From Amoebophrya sp. A120 (lineage: Eukaryota; Protista; Dinoflagellata): a stretch of DNA of 64,000 nt. Position numbers and translations under genes: made by a program. The notes below the pieces were generated by a model, which made no database searches, was not told where the DNA came from, and was given only the letters and a program-made list of their open reading frames with translations. Below are positions 1 through 12,416 of the stretch, piece by piece; within the stretch, counting starts at the first letter, position 1, and each line of letters opens with the position of its first letter. The stretch spans positions 372,376 through 436,375 of the forward strand of contig CAJINV010000002.1 of NCBI GenBank assembly GCA_905178155.1. Reading direction: 5' to 3'.

Positions 1-159
1 ATTTTGTGCAATCAACTTCAACTTGGTGCAACACAACTTTCATTCCTCAAGGCTAAAGGCACATCTGCACTTACAAATTTCGTTTCTGATGCTAAAAAAG
101 TTTGATGTCATGCAAAGATTTGTACGTAAAGTACGACTACGATGCTTTTGCAAAGGATA
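1..159. mobile_element. Introner family A (truncated by the window start)
   Basis: Ends GATGCTTTTGCAAAGGATA; near-identical to 1821-1979. Confidence 0.8.
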
Positions 160-3024
160 TGCTGCTTCAAAATTACGTCGCTCATGCTATCAAATGCGAA
201 TATATATGTCTGGATCTGGAAAGTTGTGATGCTAAAATGTGCCGGACGAAAACGCTTCCTCAGGATGCAGGAGAGCATGACAAGTTTGCAGAGCGCTTCC
301 TCACGACTCGCGGCGGCCCGCAGGAGAAAGTAGGTTTTTGTATGACACAAGAAGAGGCTGTGACTTTATATGTGGGTCATGCAGCAATACAGATCTCACA
401 GGACGACTGTAAGACCAGCACTACAAGTTCCACCAACTTTTCAGACCCAGATCGATATTTGCAACGCATACATGCCGGCATCCTTCAGCTTCATCATCTT
501 TAGCATCGAGGTCAAATGCTTCACATCCTGCTCAAAGCGTGCCGTGGGGTCGTCGTTCTTGCCCGTAGTTTCATCGGCGGGACCACGAGGAGAGGCGGCG
601 TTCTGTTCGTCTTCCGATCGGCGCTTCTCCTGTTGTACTTCTACTCGCGAGCCTTGACCACGTTCTATCCAAGGAAAAAAGTATTTACAGTTCCACAATC
701 GTTGTCAATTCAGCAACACAAATGTTTTCTGCATGGAAGAGAAAACTTGCAATGCAGAGATCATGATAAGGGAATAAAACACGTATGAAATGTTGAGTCT
801 TGAAAGCATTTTGTGCATGACAGAGCTTGTCTGTCTTGCTTGGCCTGCAACGCAATGTGTATTAACGGTAACACTTTTTTCTTTATTGCATACGTTCTTT
901 TTCTTCAGCAGTTCTGCTCGCATTAAGAACTGTTGCGTGCTGCTGACCACTATGCATTGGAAATATGTCTGGGTCTGGAAGATTCCGAGATTTGGCTGGT
1001 TGGTTGGATAGCGCCTGTCGCCGGTGCAGGTCCCGCCCTCCATCGATTGCGATCCGGAGTAGCCGGAACACAAGGCTCTAGTGGCGCAATCGAGATTTGT
1101 CATGCAATTTTTCCAAGCTCTGTCAAGTCTGGAATGCGGGGCCTAGCATGACAGGTTTTGCAGCCCCTTCGTGATGCCTATTCTGCATGAGAAATACCCT
1201 CTCAGAATGGCCAGAAGTGAGCACCTTTTGCCAGTCATGCAACACAGATCTTTGCATGATCCGCAGCTCGCATCACAAGTTCGGATCCTTCCAGACATCC
1301 AGGGATATTTGCATTTGATAACCACCTGCACGAGGACCTCCAATGCGGTCGAAAAGGTCCCAGTCAATCTGCTCAGACGGATTATGCTGTGTAAAAACGT
1401 CCCCAGCACCCCAGAGTTGTCATGCTACGCCGCAAGCCTACAATGTCTCTCATGCGCAGGAGCCCAATGAGAGCGATTTTTTTATGCTAGATGGGAGTTC
1501 TTTGTCATGCTAGAATCCGGATAAGATAAACCAAGAATTTGTCATGCGGCTGCACTAGCTATAACAGGACTTTTACACTACGAGCACAAAGAACTTGTCA
1601 TGCTCGATAGCCAAAAGTTGTGGATTTGTGTAGCAGATTCCCCATCTTGGCTGTTGGGTGGGGACGTTTTATTTAGTCGGGATACGGATCTGCCGCAAAT
1701 CTGGTGTGTAAGGCTCTCAGCACCTCGTATTTGTCCATGCCCTTGCTCCACAACAATTGGGACTTCACGTGCAATATGCACTGCAAAAGCTGATGTATCT
1801 ACTTCGCATTCGTACAATAAATTTTGTGCAATCAACTTCAACACGGTGCAACACAACTTTCATTCCTCAAGGCTAAAGGCACATCTGCACTTACAAATTT
1901 CGTTTCTGATGCTAAAAAAGTTTGATGTCATGCAAAGATTTGTACGTAAAGTACGACTACGATGCTTTTGCAAAGGATATGCTGCTTCAAAATTACGTCG
2001 CTCATGCTATCAAATGCGAATATATATGTCTGGATCTGGAAAGTTGTGATGCTAAAATGTGCATGTCGAAAACAAAAACGCTTGCTCATGCAGAAGAGCA
2101 TGACAAGTTTGCAGAGCGCTTCCTCACGACTCGCGCTCCGAAAGAGAAATAAATGCGTTCTTGTATGACGCGAAAGGCTGCGACTTTATTTGAATTTGTG
2201 GGTCATGCAATACAGATCTCCTTCTCACAGCAATTATGTAAGACCAGCATCACAAGTTCCAACTTTATTCCAGACCCAGATCGATATTTGCAATGCATAG
2301 ATGCTGGCATCCTTCAGCTTCGTCATCTTGAGCATCGAGAGCAAATGCTTCACATCCTGCTCAAAGCGCGCCGTGGGGTCGTCGTCGTTCCCTCCCGTTT
2401 GTTATTGTGAGGAAATCTACCTCCTCCCCATATACCAAAGCGGGATACTTCTGAAAATTTGTAATGCTGATCTGAGGCCACAGATGATCGCCTCTGTATT
2501 GCAAGAAGGCAAAGCCAAAAGCCTGGCCGCGCTCTGCGGGTCGTTTAGAATGCTGTATGGCCTACGGAAGATATTCCTGCCCTGCTAGGCGCCTACACCT
2601 CCAAAACGCCCCCACTCCGGCTCTGTAGCTGTCTGCAGTCCTCTACTGCAAGACAAATCCGATTTGTGTACACAAATCCCGCATCACATATTTCCATTCC
2701 GATATGGGGAGGGGGCATTTTTCATTTTGATATTTGTTCTGTGGGACCACGACGATCAGGTAGTTTTGCCGCAGTAGAAGTCGCCGTCTTGCTCTTCCCA
2801 GGAGTCGCGGGGCCCCCGCCGCTTTGTCCACTGCGAAGTTCGGACCTCCGCGCGGCAACACTTGTTGATACGGCCGCCAGGGTCGCTGTACATAAGCAAA
2901 CGTAGTAGAGTTTGTTCATCCTGGCATTTAGTACAGCAGCAGCCCGAGGAGGAACAGGCGTCGGTGGATCAGATGAATTAGAAGCCACGCGGCGCAGCTT
3001 ATGTTGCTTGTTCTGCTTCAACAT
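1..3024 (-). CDS. Hypothetical, probably secreted protein with an internally repeated domain; 8 introner introns; runs off the window start
   Basis: Removing elements at 2403, 2008, 1775, 1383, 951, 666 and 188 (plus one 5-bp DR each) gives a continuous frame: GPTEQ|TGGNDDDPTARFEQDVKHLLSMLKMTKLKDAS(I/M)|SDVILKQ|HVKSQLLWSKGMDKYEVLRALHTRFAADP|SEQIDWDLFDRIGGPRAGG|QQHATVLNASRTAEEKE|RGQGSR...DDPTARFEQDVKHLTSMLKMMKLKDAGM|SDVILKQ. Signal-like MNKLYYVCLCTATLAAVSTSVAA from the ATG at 2919. Confidence 0.8.
188..470. mobile_element. Introner family B
   Basis: TIR TATCAAATGC..TCTGGATCTGGA / TCAGACCCAGA..GCATA; DR CATGC/CATGC. Confidence 0.9.
666..892. mobile_element. Introner family H
   Basis: TATCCAAGGAAAAAAGT..ACTTTTTTCTTTATTGCATA; DR CGTTC/CGTTC. 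Confidence 0.85.
951..1320. mobile_element. Introner family B with a nested insertion
   Basis: DR ACCAC/ACCAC; family B TIRs. Confidence 0.9.
1383..1684. mobile_element. Introner family C
   Basis: TIR AAAAACGTCCCCA / TGGGGACGTTTT; DR CGGAT/CGGAT. Confidence 0.9.
1775..1979. mobile_element. Introner family A (diverged)
   Basis: TATGCACTGCAAAAG..CTTTTGCAAAGGATA; DR TGCAA/TGCTG. Confidence 0.85.
2008..2299. mobile_element. Introner family B
   Basis: DR CATGC/GATGC; positional paralogue of 188-470. Confidence 0.9.
2403..2732. mobile_element. Introner family F
   Basis: TIR CCTCCCCATAT / ATATGGGGAGG; DR TTTGT/TTTGT. Confidence 0.85.
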
Positions 3025-5425
3025 TTTCGTCCACAGATGTGCAGTTTAAATCTGATTCACAATCTATAAAAAAAATTTTCAAAATATTTATCCTAAGTAA
3101 TGTCGTGCAATGTATCCTACACAGTACAAATTTTCTAATATAAGTATTTTTTCTATATATCGGAAATGGAAATAAAGCAATTCATATTCAGTGTTGTCGC
3201 TTGGAGTAGTTGTTCTTCTTGTGAAGGGTGTAGAAGCTGCCAATACTAGCGAACGAGCAGTTCTTCTTGTCGAGTTTATAATACAAAAGCGGTCAGAATA
3301 AATGCTAAAGAATAAAGTAGGTTGTTCTCATGTTCAGTTCAGGAGTAAATCAAAATAGGAAATACGATAGTGTCGTCAATTCGATGTTCTTCCAAAGTCT
3401 TGTACAGCTACGTGTAGTGCGCTCATCAGATGATGATCTGAAGGTGAAACCAAGTGAAAGTGCAACCTTTTTTCACAAATCACGGCCTCGTGACATTATA
3501 GATACATAGACCACGAGTGGAGCCGGTGCTGACAAAGTGTCAGCCTGATCTCATTGCTGACCTGATCACGATCTTGCTGAGGCACATCCCCTTGCACTTG
3601 CTGAGAAGATAAAGATCGCCTTGAAGTTTATTCTGTCGCGACTGCTCTTGTCGCCGTGCAGATCGCCTTTTCTTGCCGCAGCAAGGGCTTGATGGCAATA
3701 AATTGCCGAAAAACACTGAAATAAAGCTAGACCCTTTCCTTCACTTCATCTGGTGGAAATAGCATTTGCGTTGGCCGTCGTCCTGACTATGGGACCTTGC
3801 CCTGCTTCGGATCTCAGTAGAATACTTAGATTTTTGTCCGGTAAGACGGACGCAACACTCTTATGATCTACGGCTACAAATACGTAGTACTTACAATATC
3901 GGACAATAGTACAACTTTGACAATACCAAAATCTCGGTCTGATCGTCGCGAAAAAATCCAGCTCCAACACGATGCGTCGGATACTTTTTTCCGAGTCTAC
4001 CAATGAGTTGCGGTGCTTGATCTTCCTTGGAGCATCTTCACACGTCACACGACATGAGTCAACAAGCAAAACGAACACGGTCGCGTCGTACGGTGACGGT
4101 AGTGGTTCACCACTAGCGCCGTTTGGGACATGCTTGGCATGAACCACTTACAACGACAGCAGTTTGCGTTCCAGTAATTGTGTTGAGAGCAAATAAGCAA
4201 CTCAGCCACCGCAATGTCAAGAATTGAATGGGCAGTTCTTGCAGAAGTTGTACTTCACATCATTTTCGTCTTCTCCCTGAAGAAATAAGCAGAGCCACCT
4301 TTCTACTGATTGTAGTTCCTACAACAGGACCACGACGCCATTTCTTTCTACGGCGGGCGTTCTCGTCTTTCAGAGGGCAAAGCAATGCAGCTTTGTTTTC
4401 CTTTTCTCGTTATTTGCTCGTCGGTCTACTTCCTTCGATAGCCGACGATTTCTTGTCCGTAGAAGTCTGCTTTTCATATAGAAGACGCAGTTTGACGTTC
4501 CCCACACACAATCGAATCAGTACTGTGCTGGCTCAGCTTATTTACCTAAAATTATACACTGAAAATAATCTTCGTGTAAAGAATCATCCAGCACTAGAAT
4601 TATACAACATCTTCGCACTTCTAAAAGTATTCTAGCATGCAGGCCGCTGCTGCTAAAATGAAATCCAAAAGTATCTTTCTAGAAATACTTGGTCACCGTG
4701 TCTCGAAAAAGAAAAACCCCAAAAAAAAAAGCGCTTCGCTCACGTTGTATGATCTTACATGTTGATGTCGTGCGAGGAAAAATTTCTCTAGTTTAGTAAG
4801 CGCCGCCTCCTCCTAAACGCCTTTATATTGAATTCCAAGGGATTTTTCTGTGTGGTATGGTCTTGCTCTTTCTTAATCTTATCTTGGTCTTGCAACGCCA
4901 ACGTATAAAAACTGCACATACCATACGTACCTTGGCGGGTCTACTTCTGTAGCGTCTTTCTGAAATCATTACTACACGGCAATGTAACAACTCCCGCACC
5001 ACGCGCCGACCAAGAACCAGTTGAAAAAAACAAAATCTCGCCACGACCGGTTTAAAATGAAAAAATAGCATATTATACAGCAATAGTGTACAACAACTAG
5101 CTGCTCCGCTTGGAGCCGAGTGCACTTCTACATGTTTGTCCTATTTCTAATGCATGCATGTGCATGTGATATCATATTCATATATCCATAAAGCGCGGCA
5201 CCTTACCACGACAATGCTCCTTCGGGGAAAAATTTTTGCTATGCAAATAGCTTTCTGGTGTTCTTCATGCTATACGTTTTAATTGTGTTGCAGGATCAGA
5301 ATGGTATAAAGCGTTCTATCTTCATCTTCGTTCCCATAGTACGTTGACCAAAGTTTTCTTCGTTGACCAAAGTTTGTTCGTTTCGGCGCGAGTTGTGCCT
5401 CCTTGTGGATTCTGCTTCTACAACT

Positions 5426-7923
5426 TCACACCTCCGGCAGGGGGCCTGACGGCCCGTTATTTCCTCCAGGGCCATCGTTCCCTCCATCACGTCGTCGCTG
5501 CTGCTGTTGATGTTGTATGCGCTGCAAATATAATATCTGGGTGCAGTCTGGAAAATTGCAACTGCTAAAAATGCTGCCTTTGGGTTCTAAAAAGTTCTGT
5601 ATTGCGTGAGCAGCAAGAGGAATCCAATTTTCGCTACGCGGAGGTGGCATTTCTCCTGCGAATTTTTAGGCACTTTGAAAAAAAAGGTCCTCAAAGTAGA
5701 ATCTGTGATGCTAAACCACACATCACAGATGATCTCCTCGTAGCTGAAGCAAGACGTGCATTTGACAGACGTTGCGCGACTTGTTTTCCAGACCTCCCAG
5801 ATCGATTAATTTGCATTTGATATGTTCTTCGTATGCTTGCGTCATTGCGTCATGGTCCAGTCGTGCGTGGTTTTGCGTGTTCCACCGCAGCAACCTTTGC
5901 AAATTCAAATACATGTATTGAAGGACTTGCCCGCCCCTTCCCTGTCTGTGGCCCGCCCGCCCGTGACGACCCAGCGCGTCGTCGAGCCAGCCGTAGAGGA
6001 TGTTCAGAGGCTCTCGGTGCTCTTCTTGCAGTTCCGGGAAACGACCGAGGGCTGTTACATCACCTTCCTGCGTTAAATTACATCCGACCCATATCCTGAG
6101 TAAAAACGTACCCACACCAGAGTCAGGATGGGGATTTTGCAACACAAACCTAGGAGTTTTGTGCGTCACGCATGACAAGTTGCGCTCTGCAGTGTAGTGC
6201 AGGTTAGCATGTGCAGCCGCATCACAGATCCATCTGCTCATCCTGTTCACAGCATCACAAATTCCAAAACACGATTGGAAATGGCTCTCATGGGGTTGCG
6301 CGTTACAAGTCTTCCTGTCTTTGCAAATCTGCATTACAACTCTGGTGTGGGTACGTTTTTACTCAGGATAAGCCAATAGGAGTTGTGATTGGGGAAGTAG
6401 TGAATGTAGGCTTGCCAGAGGGCTTCGTCGGTGCGAAAAGTTTCGTACAACACCTCCTGTATAGCATCGTCCGTCACGATAAAATCCGGCATGGGGGCGC
6501 CGACCGAGACAAAAGCGCCGCCGCCAACCTCAACATCTGCGCCACTGGGTCCTTCTGCCAACGGCCCCATGGAAGTAGAACTACCTGGAAGTTGTAGGCC
6601 TTGCTCTTGGCCCGGTCGGCATCCCAGTCCATCTCGCCATTTTGCGTTGCGATCGCGGTGGAGTCCTGGTATGATCATAGGCGTGGACGGATCTCGGACG
6701 TCGTTCCTCACCAACCTCTTTCTCGCTTGTCCGGTAGTTGTATCCTCGCCAGGGCTTCCAGGCGATCCCGGGGCCGGCCGGGTGGAGGTCGTGGTGGTGT
6801 TTTCTGGATGAAGAAAACTACTGTGAAATGGACGCCCTCCGGGGAAGTTATTTACCAGCGCGGCCCCGGAAGAAGATGAGGAAGAAAAGGACGAAGTTAT
6901 TATAGTGAAAAATGCTCCCACCCCGGAATTTGCAGAAGTTTGTCATGCAAATTTTCCAAATGAAAGCTTTTTGTCTTGCATAAAAGAATTGCGAGCGTTT
7001 CTGATGCAGAATCTGGGTGCGCAAGGTGCCTTGTGCATAACAGATCCGGCTGCTGTTGGGCTACTTCGCAACACAAATTTGACCTATTCAGAATGGAAAA
7101 TTTGTGATGCTGAGATATGCACGACGGGGAGTGTTTCTGTTGGAAAGGTTTGCAATACAGATGCTGCCAAGCTGGGGGTGGGGGCATTTTTCATTGTAAT
7201 AGAACTACCGGCTCCTGCGGGCATCATGTGCCAAGGGGTGGTGGATGAGGACGCTGCGCCGGAACTGGAGGAGGAAGAACCTGGACCACCTGCCCAGGAT
7301 GAGGAGCTCCTGCCGAAAAAATTCATCATGCCTGGAGGACCATGTTCTTGCGAGGAACTACTAGAAGAGGCCGCCGCGGGTCCTGAAGAAGCTCCTGCAC
7401 CAGCCCCAACAGCAGCACCGAATGATGATCCGCGGGGACCAAGTTGCGCCAAAGCTTCCTGCTGCTCTTCACGGTCAGCAGGCTGCGCCGCGACGCCCAA
7501 CATCGGAGCATCTTGATCTTGCTGGCCCCCTTGCTGTTGTTGCGCTGCGGCCGCTGCAGCAGCCTGCCAATCAGCGAAGTCTCCCCAATCGTCGTCAGTC
7601 CCGCTGGGAATGAAAAATTGGACCGGTGGCTGGTGCTGGATTGCCATTGCCGCGCCGTTTTCATCGTCGTCCCCTTGGTCGTTGTGTAGCTGGTTTATTG
7701 CCCCCTGCTCCTGGCCGTTGTTGTTTCCAGAATTGTAGTTGCGACGATTACTTCCTACGCGGCCGCGATTGGTGGAGGCTCCACGACCGCCTCCTCTGCC
7801 TACTCCGGACTGCAGCTGCAAGGCGTGGGAAACGTTGACTGCTCCCAGGAAGAAGGAACAATACCCTGCCGCGAAAAGGAACAGATTGCTCGCGAGATGT
7901 TGAGAACCCATTTTCAATTTCAT
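5426..7923 (-). CDS. Hypothetical secreted low-complexity protein; 3 introner introns
   Basis: ORFs 7084-7923, 6334-6921, 5723-6334 and 5426-5650 join in frame after removing elements 6898-7201, 6092-6370 and 5516-5822 plus one DR each. Hydrophobic N-terminus (NLFLFAAGYCSFFLGAVNVSHA); TGA at 5426-5428. Confidence 0.8.
5516..5822. mobile_element. Introner family B (diverged)
   Basis: DR TGTTG/TGTTC; ends TTTGCATTTGATA. Confidence 0.85.
6092..6370. mobile_element. Introner family C
   Basis: Long near-perfect TIR TATCCTGAGTAAAAACGTACCCACACCAGAGT; DR ACCCA/AGCCA. Confidence 0.92.
6898..7201. mobile_element. Introner family D
   Basis: TIR TATTATAGTGAAAAATGCTCCCACCCC / GGGGTGGGGGCATTTTTCATTGTAATA; DR GAAGT/GAACT. 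Confidence 0.9.
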
Positions 7924-10696
7924 CTCAGTTCGATTTCTCTACTCTGTCCTTCTTTTGAATCAAAATCGACACGAGTACTATATCAAGTGGCACTTTCGGT
8001 TTCGGTTTCGCTGGGTATACAACGATATAGAGACGAGAAGTCAGTATAAAGCGTTCTAAGTGCAAAAACGGTTCTTAGTTTTATTTTTGATCGGAAAGAA
8101 TAAAATAAATCGCGAAAAATAAAGAGAATGAAGGCGTTTTTTGGTATGCACGAGTGATAGATTCTAGTTGTACACGTCGTTCTCAAAAATACTAAAGCGG
8201 ATAGTTCATTTAAGATCAGTGGTAGAAAAATTGAGGAAAGTTGTAGTGATGCGTTTGATACTGGTAAAAAGGCTGGAGGTTTTATTTGTTGTTGATGTGC
8301 AATGACGAGGAGGAGGAACTCGCGCAGTTTTTTTTTCCACTGAAGAAATAAAGAAGTGTCACAAAGCTTCCTCTACGACCATCGTTGCAAGGTTGCCAAT
8401 GTTGAATCTCAGCAGGACCGGAGCCGGTTTCTTTTTCTTTCTGTGATTTTTGAAGAAGATCCCGGGCACGGACGCGAAAATTAGAAGCGCGCCACATGGA
8501 CATGATCAACCCATGCTTCATTACCATGACAGGATCGTCACAATTTGCACCATTTGATCTTGATCAAGACCTGCCTGCGCGAGGAGGTGGCGGATCTGAA
8601 CGTAATTTTCCTTCGTGTTCTTTCTCAGTTTGTACGACCGACGTCGAGTTGACGAGAGGGATCACGGCTTTTTGTGGAAAATTGGAAGCTGCACCATTTC
8701 GACGTGCCTTGATGTTGCGACCTTAGTATAATTTTTAAATACAGAAATTTATTGACAGAGAGGAGACGCGAGTCTGTCTCCGAGCCAAGGAGAACACGTT
8801 TTTTCTAAAAGCTCCTGTGGTGCGCCCGGGCAACTACAGGCTACAAGGTTTAGAAGCCCTCGCCCCTCTCGAGCTCTCTCGCCACCGTACTTTGGATATG
8901 ACAAACGAAGCAAAATTGTACAGCTCGGCTACATGATGTTCATCAGTTTCTACACAAACCCGGCGGTGCCTATAGCGCCTTGTGCTGTTCTACTCCTGTG
9001 GGGCTGCTTCTTCACGGAACCACTGTCCCGGAGGTGGAAGTACTTGCCCGTACTGGTACAGCTACAGGCACAGCTCCGAGTCGTGCTCATAAGTAGAGAA
9101 AAATAAAACGGAACATTTTTCATGCACTCTATCTTGTTACTAGTACTTACAGTAGTGCGCCTTCTTGAAAATTCTGGCGTAGACCGTATTTTTACCACAT
9201 TCCTACATCTAAACCGAAAGCTACATGGCCGGCATCGCCATAGAAGCTTTCGCTTCTTGCGCTCTTCGTCACAATACTTTGCGAGAAACGAATCAAAATT
9301 GTACGGCTCAGCTATAATTTATTGCTCATCAGTTTCATTCTGTTATACACGAGTTCGGCTGTGCCGTGGTGTTTCGTGTCCTGGTCCTGTCGTAGGAAAG
9401 ATTCACGGAACCAGTGTGTGTCCCCACACCGAAGGTACCACGATAATTATGCCCTTACTTATAAATATATTTGCTAAAAATCCGATCAAATGTCTTCGAT
9501 GAACGCGATCAAACTACTACGGCCGTGCGCATTCGTACTTCTAGTACCTAGGTCGATCATATCTTCGCACTCATAGACATCCACAGCCTCGGCCTATCGC
9601 TGTTCTTTTCACATAAAAAGTATTCATATCATCTTGTTTACACGTGGTTCTGCTGCAATCGCAGTAAATTCAGTTTCGCCTTTAACTTTATTTCGCTGGT
9701 TGCTTTCTTGGCTGTCTGAAGCAAAGCTAGCAAGGCAAACGGCGGCCTCAATATTTTTTCAAAAAAACTAGTTCCTGCAAGGACACACATATCATTTTCG
9801 CTGCGCTACTATGTGATCAATGAATGTCAATTAAGTATCCCCCGGCTCTTCCTATGCTCGTATTCGTATCCGACTGAAAGCACTTCCATACGACAGCTGC
9901 CCCATCAAAGAGAGGGTACAAAAACCACACGGCTACTTACTCCATCCATGCAGCACACTTACTGGCCCATCTACTAATGCACCTTGCTATCGCGCTCCTG
10001 CCACAAATTCTCATTTTGGCAAGAAGAAAAAGTCAAAAAGCGAAATGTTTGCTCGAAGCTGCAACGTCGAGAGCTGTCTTTTCATTTGAGGTCGCGACGC
10101 TGTGCCCGACGTACAGAACCGCTTTTGAGCAGCTGCCGGTTTGCAGAAGTAGCAGAGTGTAAAAATATCTGCAGCACTATTACCTTCTCATGGCAGCACG
10201 CTGTCGTGACAGGAAGTGGTGTCGAATCGATAGTCGAGCCACTCACGCTCCTCCTAGCCTGGCACGTCGAATTTGCGGTATAATCGAGGCCAAGTAATTC
10301 TGCGCAGGCTTCTTGAACAAGCTATATATCACACAGAGCCACCACGGTGGCGCTAATGCTTCTGGCTCATGCTCGTGCAGCATCAAACCTGCATGACAAA
10401 CTTCGTTTTTTTCAGAGCCACAGCCAGCAGTGTTTGCGCTTCCACTCCATGTTATTCATTTGCAAACTGCAGGCAACCACATGTCTTTATGCTTTTGCCA
10501 GTGCTAGAGGTAGACTCTGTAGTTGCGCCAACGACTCTCGTCGCAGAGGCAGAGATGCGGTCATGGCAAAACATACACATCTTCAGTTTCAGAGAAATAT
10601 ATATATAGCTATGTTGACGCAAGTTCGTTGTAGAAAAGACATACAACTGCAGCCCAGTTACATTGCAACCACTACGCAGCGGCCCTCCATGATCTG

Positions 10697-11025
10697 TATC
10701 AAAAGGAAAAATCCCTCCTCTCCATATCAAAACAAAATTTCTGGTGCTGGATTTGTATACACAAGGCAAATTTGTGCTGCAGTAGAGGAGTGCAGGCCCA
10801 CATCAAGCCGGAGCGGGGGAGGTTTTGGCCTAGGCGCTCGGCATGACCAAAGTCCATGCTGTAGGCCCAGCAGCATCTTCACAAACCGTCGGCATAATGC
10901 GGGGGGCCTTCTGGGTTTGCCTTCTTGCAAGACAGACACGATTTGCGACCACAAATCAGCATCACAAATTTCCGGCGAAAAGATACCTTTTCGGTATCGG
11001 GAGGGGGAATTTTTCCTATAATATA
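10697..11025. mobile_element. Introner family F (opposite orientation to 2403-2732)
   Basis: DR ATCTG/ATCTG. Confidence 0.85.
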
Positions 11026-11678
11026 ATCTGCCGCGTCAATTCATTGTTCACCTTGCTACCCAGAATTTCCTTGGCCTCGGATAAGGGCTCTCGCCGCGAA
11101 AAGTTCATTCGCTCTCTGTACCTCCGCAAGCGCTTCCGGCGGCGGGCCACGAGCGAGTGCTGCGAGCACGTCCTCTGCCGTCGGGCAGATGTGAAAATAA
11201 AGCATGCTTCTGCACTGAGCGCCGCAACCCTAACCCGCGACAGCGATTAGTACTTTTCGTGCTCATCCCCGACCACGATCCTTAGGCCTGAAGCCCCACT
11301 AAAACATCGCTAGCCTTTGGGGCCAAATGCAAATCATCCTACCACGGTGCTACCTTTCCGTTCCTGTACAGGATGCGCACACAGGTTCTTCTTGTCAACG
11401 GATCTTACCGCACATTATGTGTGTTCCAGTTAATAAGAAGGCATGCCCCTAGGGCGGTAAAGAAATTCGCCCTGACAATGCGGAAAGCAGATGAAAGGAC
11501 AAAAGGGGCGACAGCACTGCCTCCCGGCATTGTCGCTGTCATATAATTGTAGCTTCGCAAACATCTCACAAAAGAATGCGCCGCGCAATACTTTTTGTGC
11601 AGCAGCAGCTGCAGAGGGCATGGGCATGCTTTTCTGATGTCGTACAGTCGTGCAGCTGTATATTCGCGTCCTGGCCCT

Positions 11679-11931
11679 TATGGGGTTTTCAGCCGTTACA
11701 CTCCCAAGTGCTACATGATGCGCCAGGCAAAATTTCCAGAAGCCGCCACACGATCAACCTACTTCGCGTCACAAATACCCGAAGGGCCAAACAACATGGA
11801 AACCTGTGGCAAGTTTTTGGTGCGACAGCTGCATGAAGCCCCTCCCATTTCGGCTTTGGCTTTTGCATTTGCTGTTCTTGCGTCACAAATTCATGTAAGC
11901 AGCTGAGAATGTAACGTTTGAGAAGCCCATA
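11679..11931. mobile_element. Introner family G (DR not recognisable)
   Basis: TATGGGGTTTTCAGCCGTTACACTC..GAGAATGTAACGTTTGAGAAGCCCATA. Confidence 0.75.
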
Positions 11932-12121
11932 CTACACGACGATCGAAGAGCGCGCTCAGGTTCTTCCACATGGGTGCCAGAATATCCAATGCGACTTGTG
12001 TATTGTTTTTTGGATACTTATGTTGGTCGCCCTCGTCACAGGGTGGCGCAGAGATTTCTTCACATGTTCATAGTTATATAGGTGTAGCAGTAGGTCTCAG
12101 CCACTGCGACTGTCATCCATG

Positions 12122-12356
12122 TATGGCGTTCTCAAACGTTACATTCTGAACTGTTACATGATTTGTCATGCAGAATTGCCTTCAGAATCTACACCATCAA
12201 GCTGCTTCGCATGACAAATTCTCAGAGGGCCAAGCAGGACGATAATCGGCGCCAGATGTGTCATGCAAGACGCGCAAGATCTCTCCTATCACTTGTGCCA
12301 TTCTTCCATCACAAATTCACGTAACACTTGAGAATGTAACAGTTGAAAACGCCATA
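12122..12356. mobile_element. Introner family G
   Basis: TIR TATGGCGTTCTCAAACGTTACATTCT / AGAATGTAACAGTTGAAAACGCCATA; DR CCATG/CCATG. Confidence 0.9.
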
Positions 12357-12416
12357 CCATGTGCTAGGCAGGTACGATAAGAACACACACCTTGTCGCAT
12401 GGGTCACAGAACTGTC

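Noticed and set aside
3746-4147. 133-aa Cys-containing ORF as a transposase fragment
   Set aside because: No DDE or other recognisable motif and no element ends found; unsupported without a search.
6905-7516. Long plus-strand ORFs antisense to GC-rich exons (also 15170-15787, 45724-46395, 48048-48737)
   Set aside because: Shadow ORFs of low-complexity minus-strand exons; several run through introners.
8903-9314. Repeated AAACGAA(G/T)CAAAATTGTAC motif (also near 16834) as a promoter element
   Set aside because: Only 2-3 copies with no positional evidence; may be an old local duplication.
10323-10610. Possible further degenerate introner (TATATATC...ATATATA with an internal GCATGACAAA)
   Set aside because: TIR is limited to an AT run and the DR is ambiguous; not enough support.
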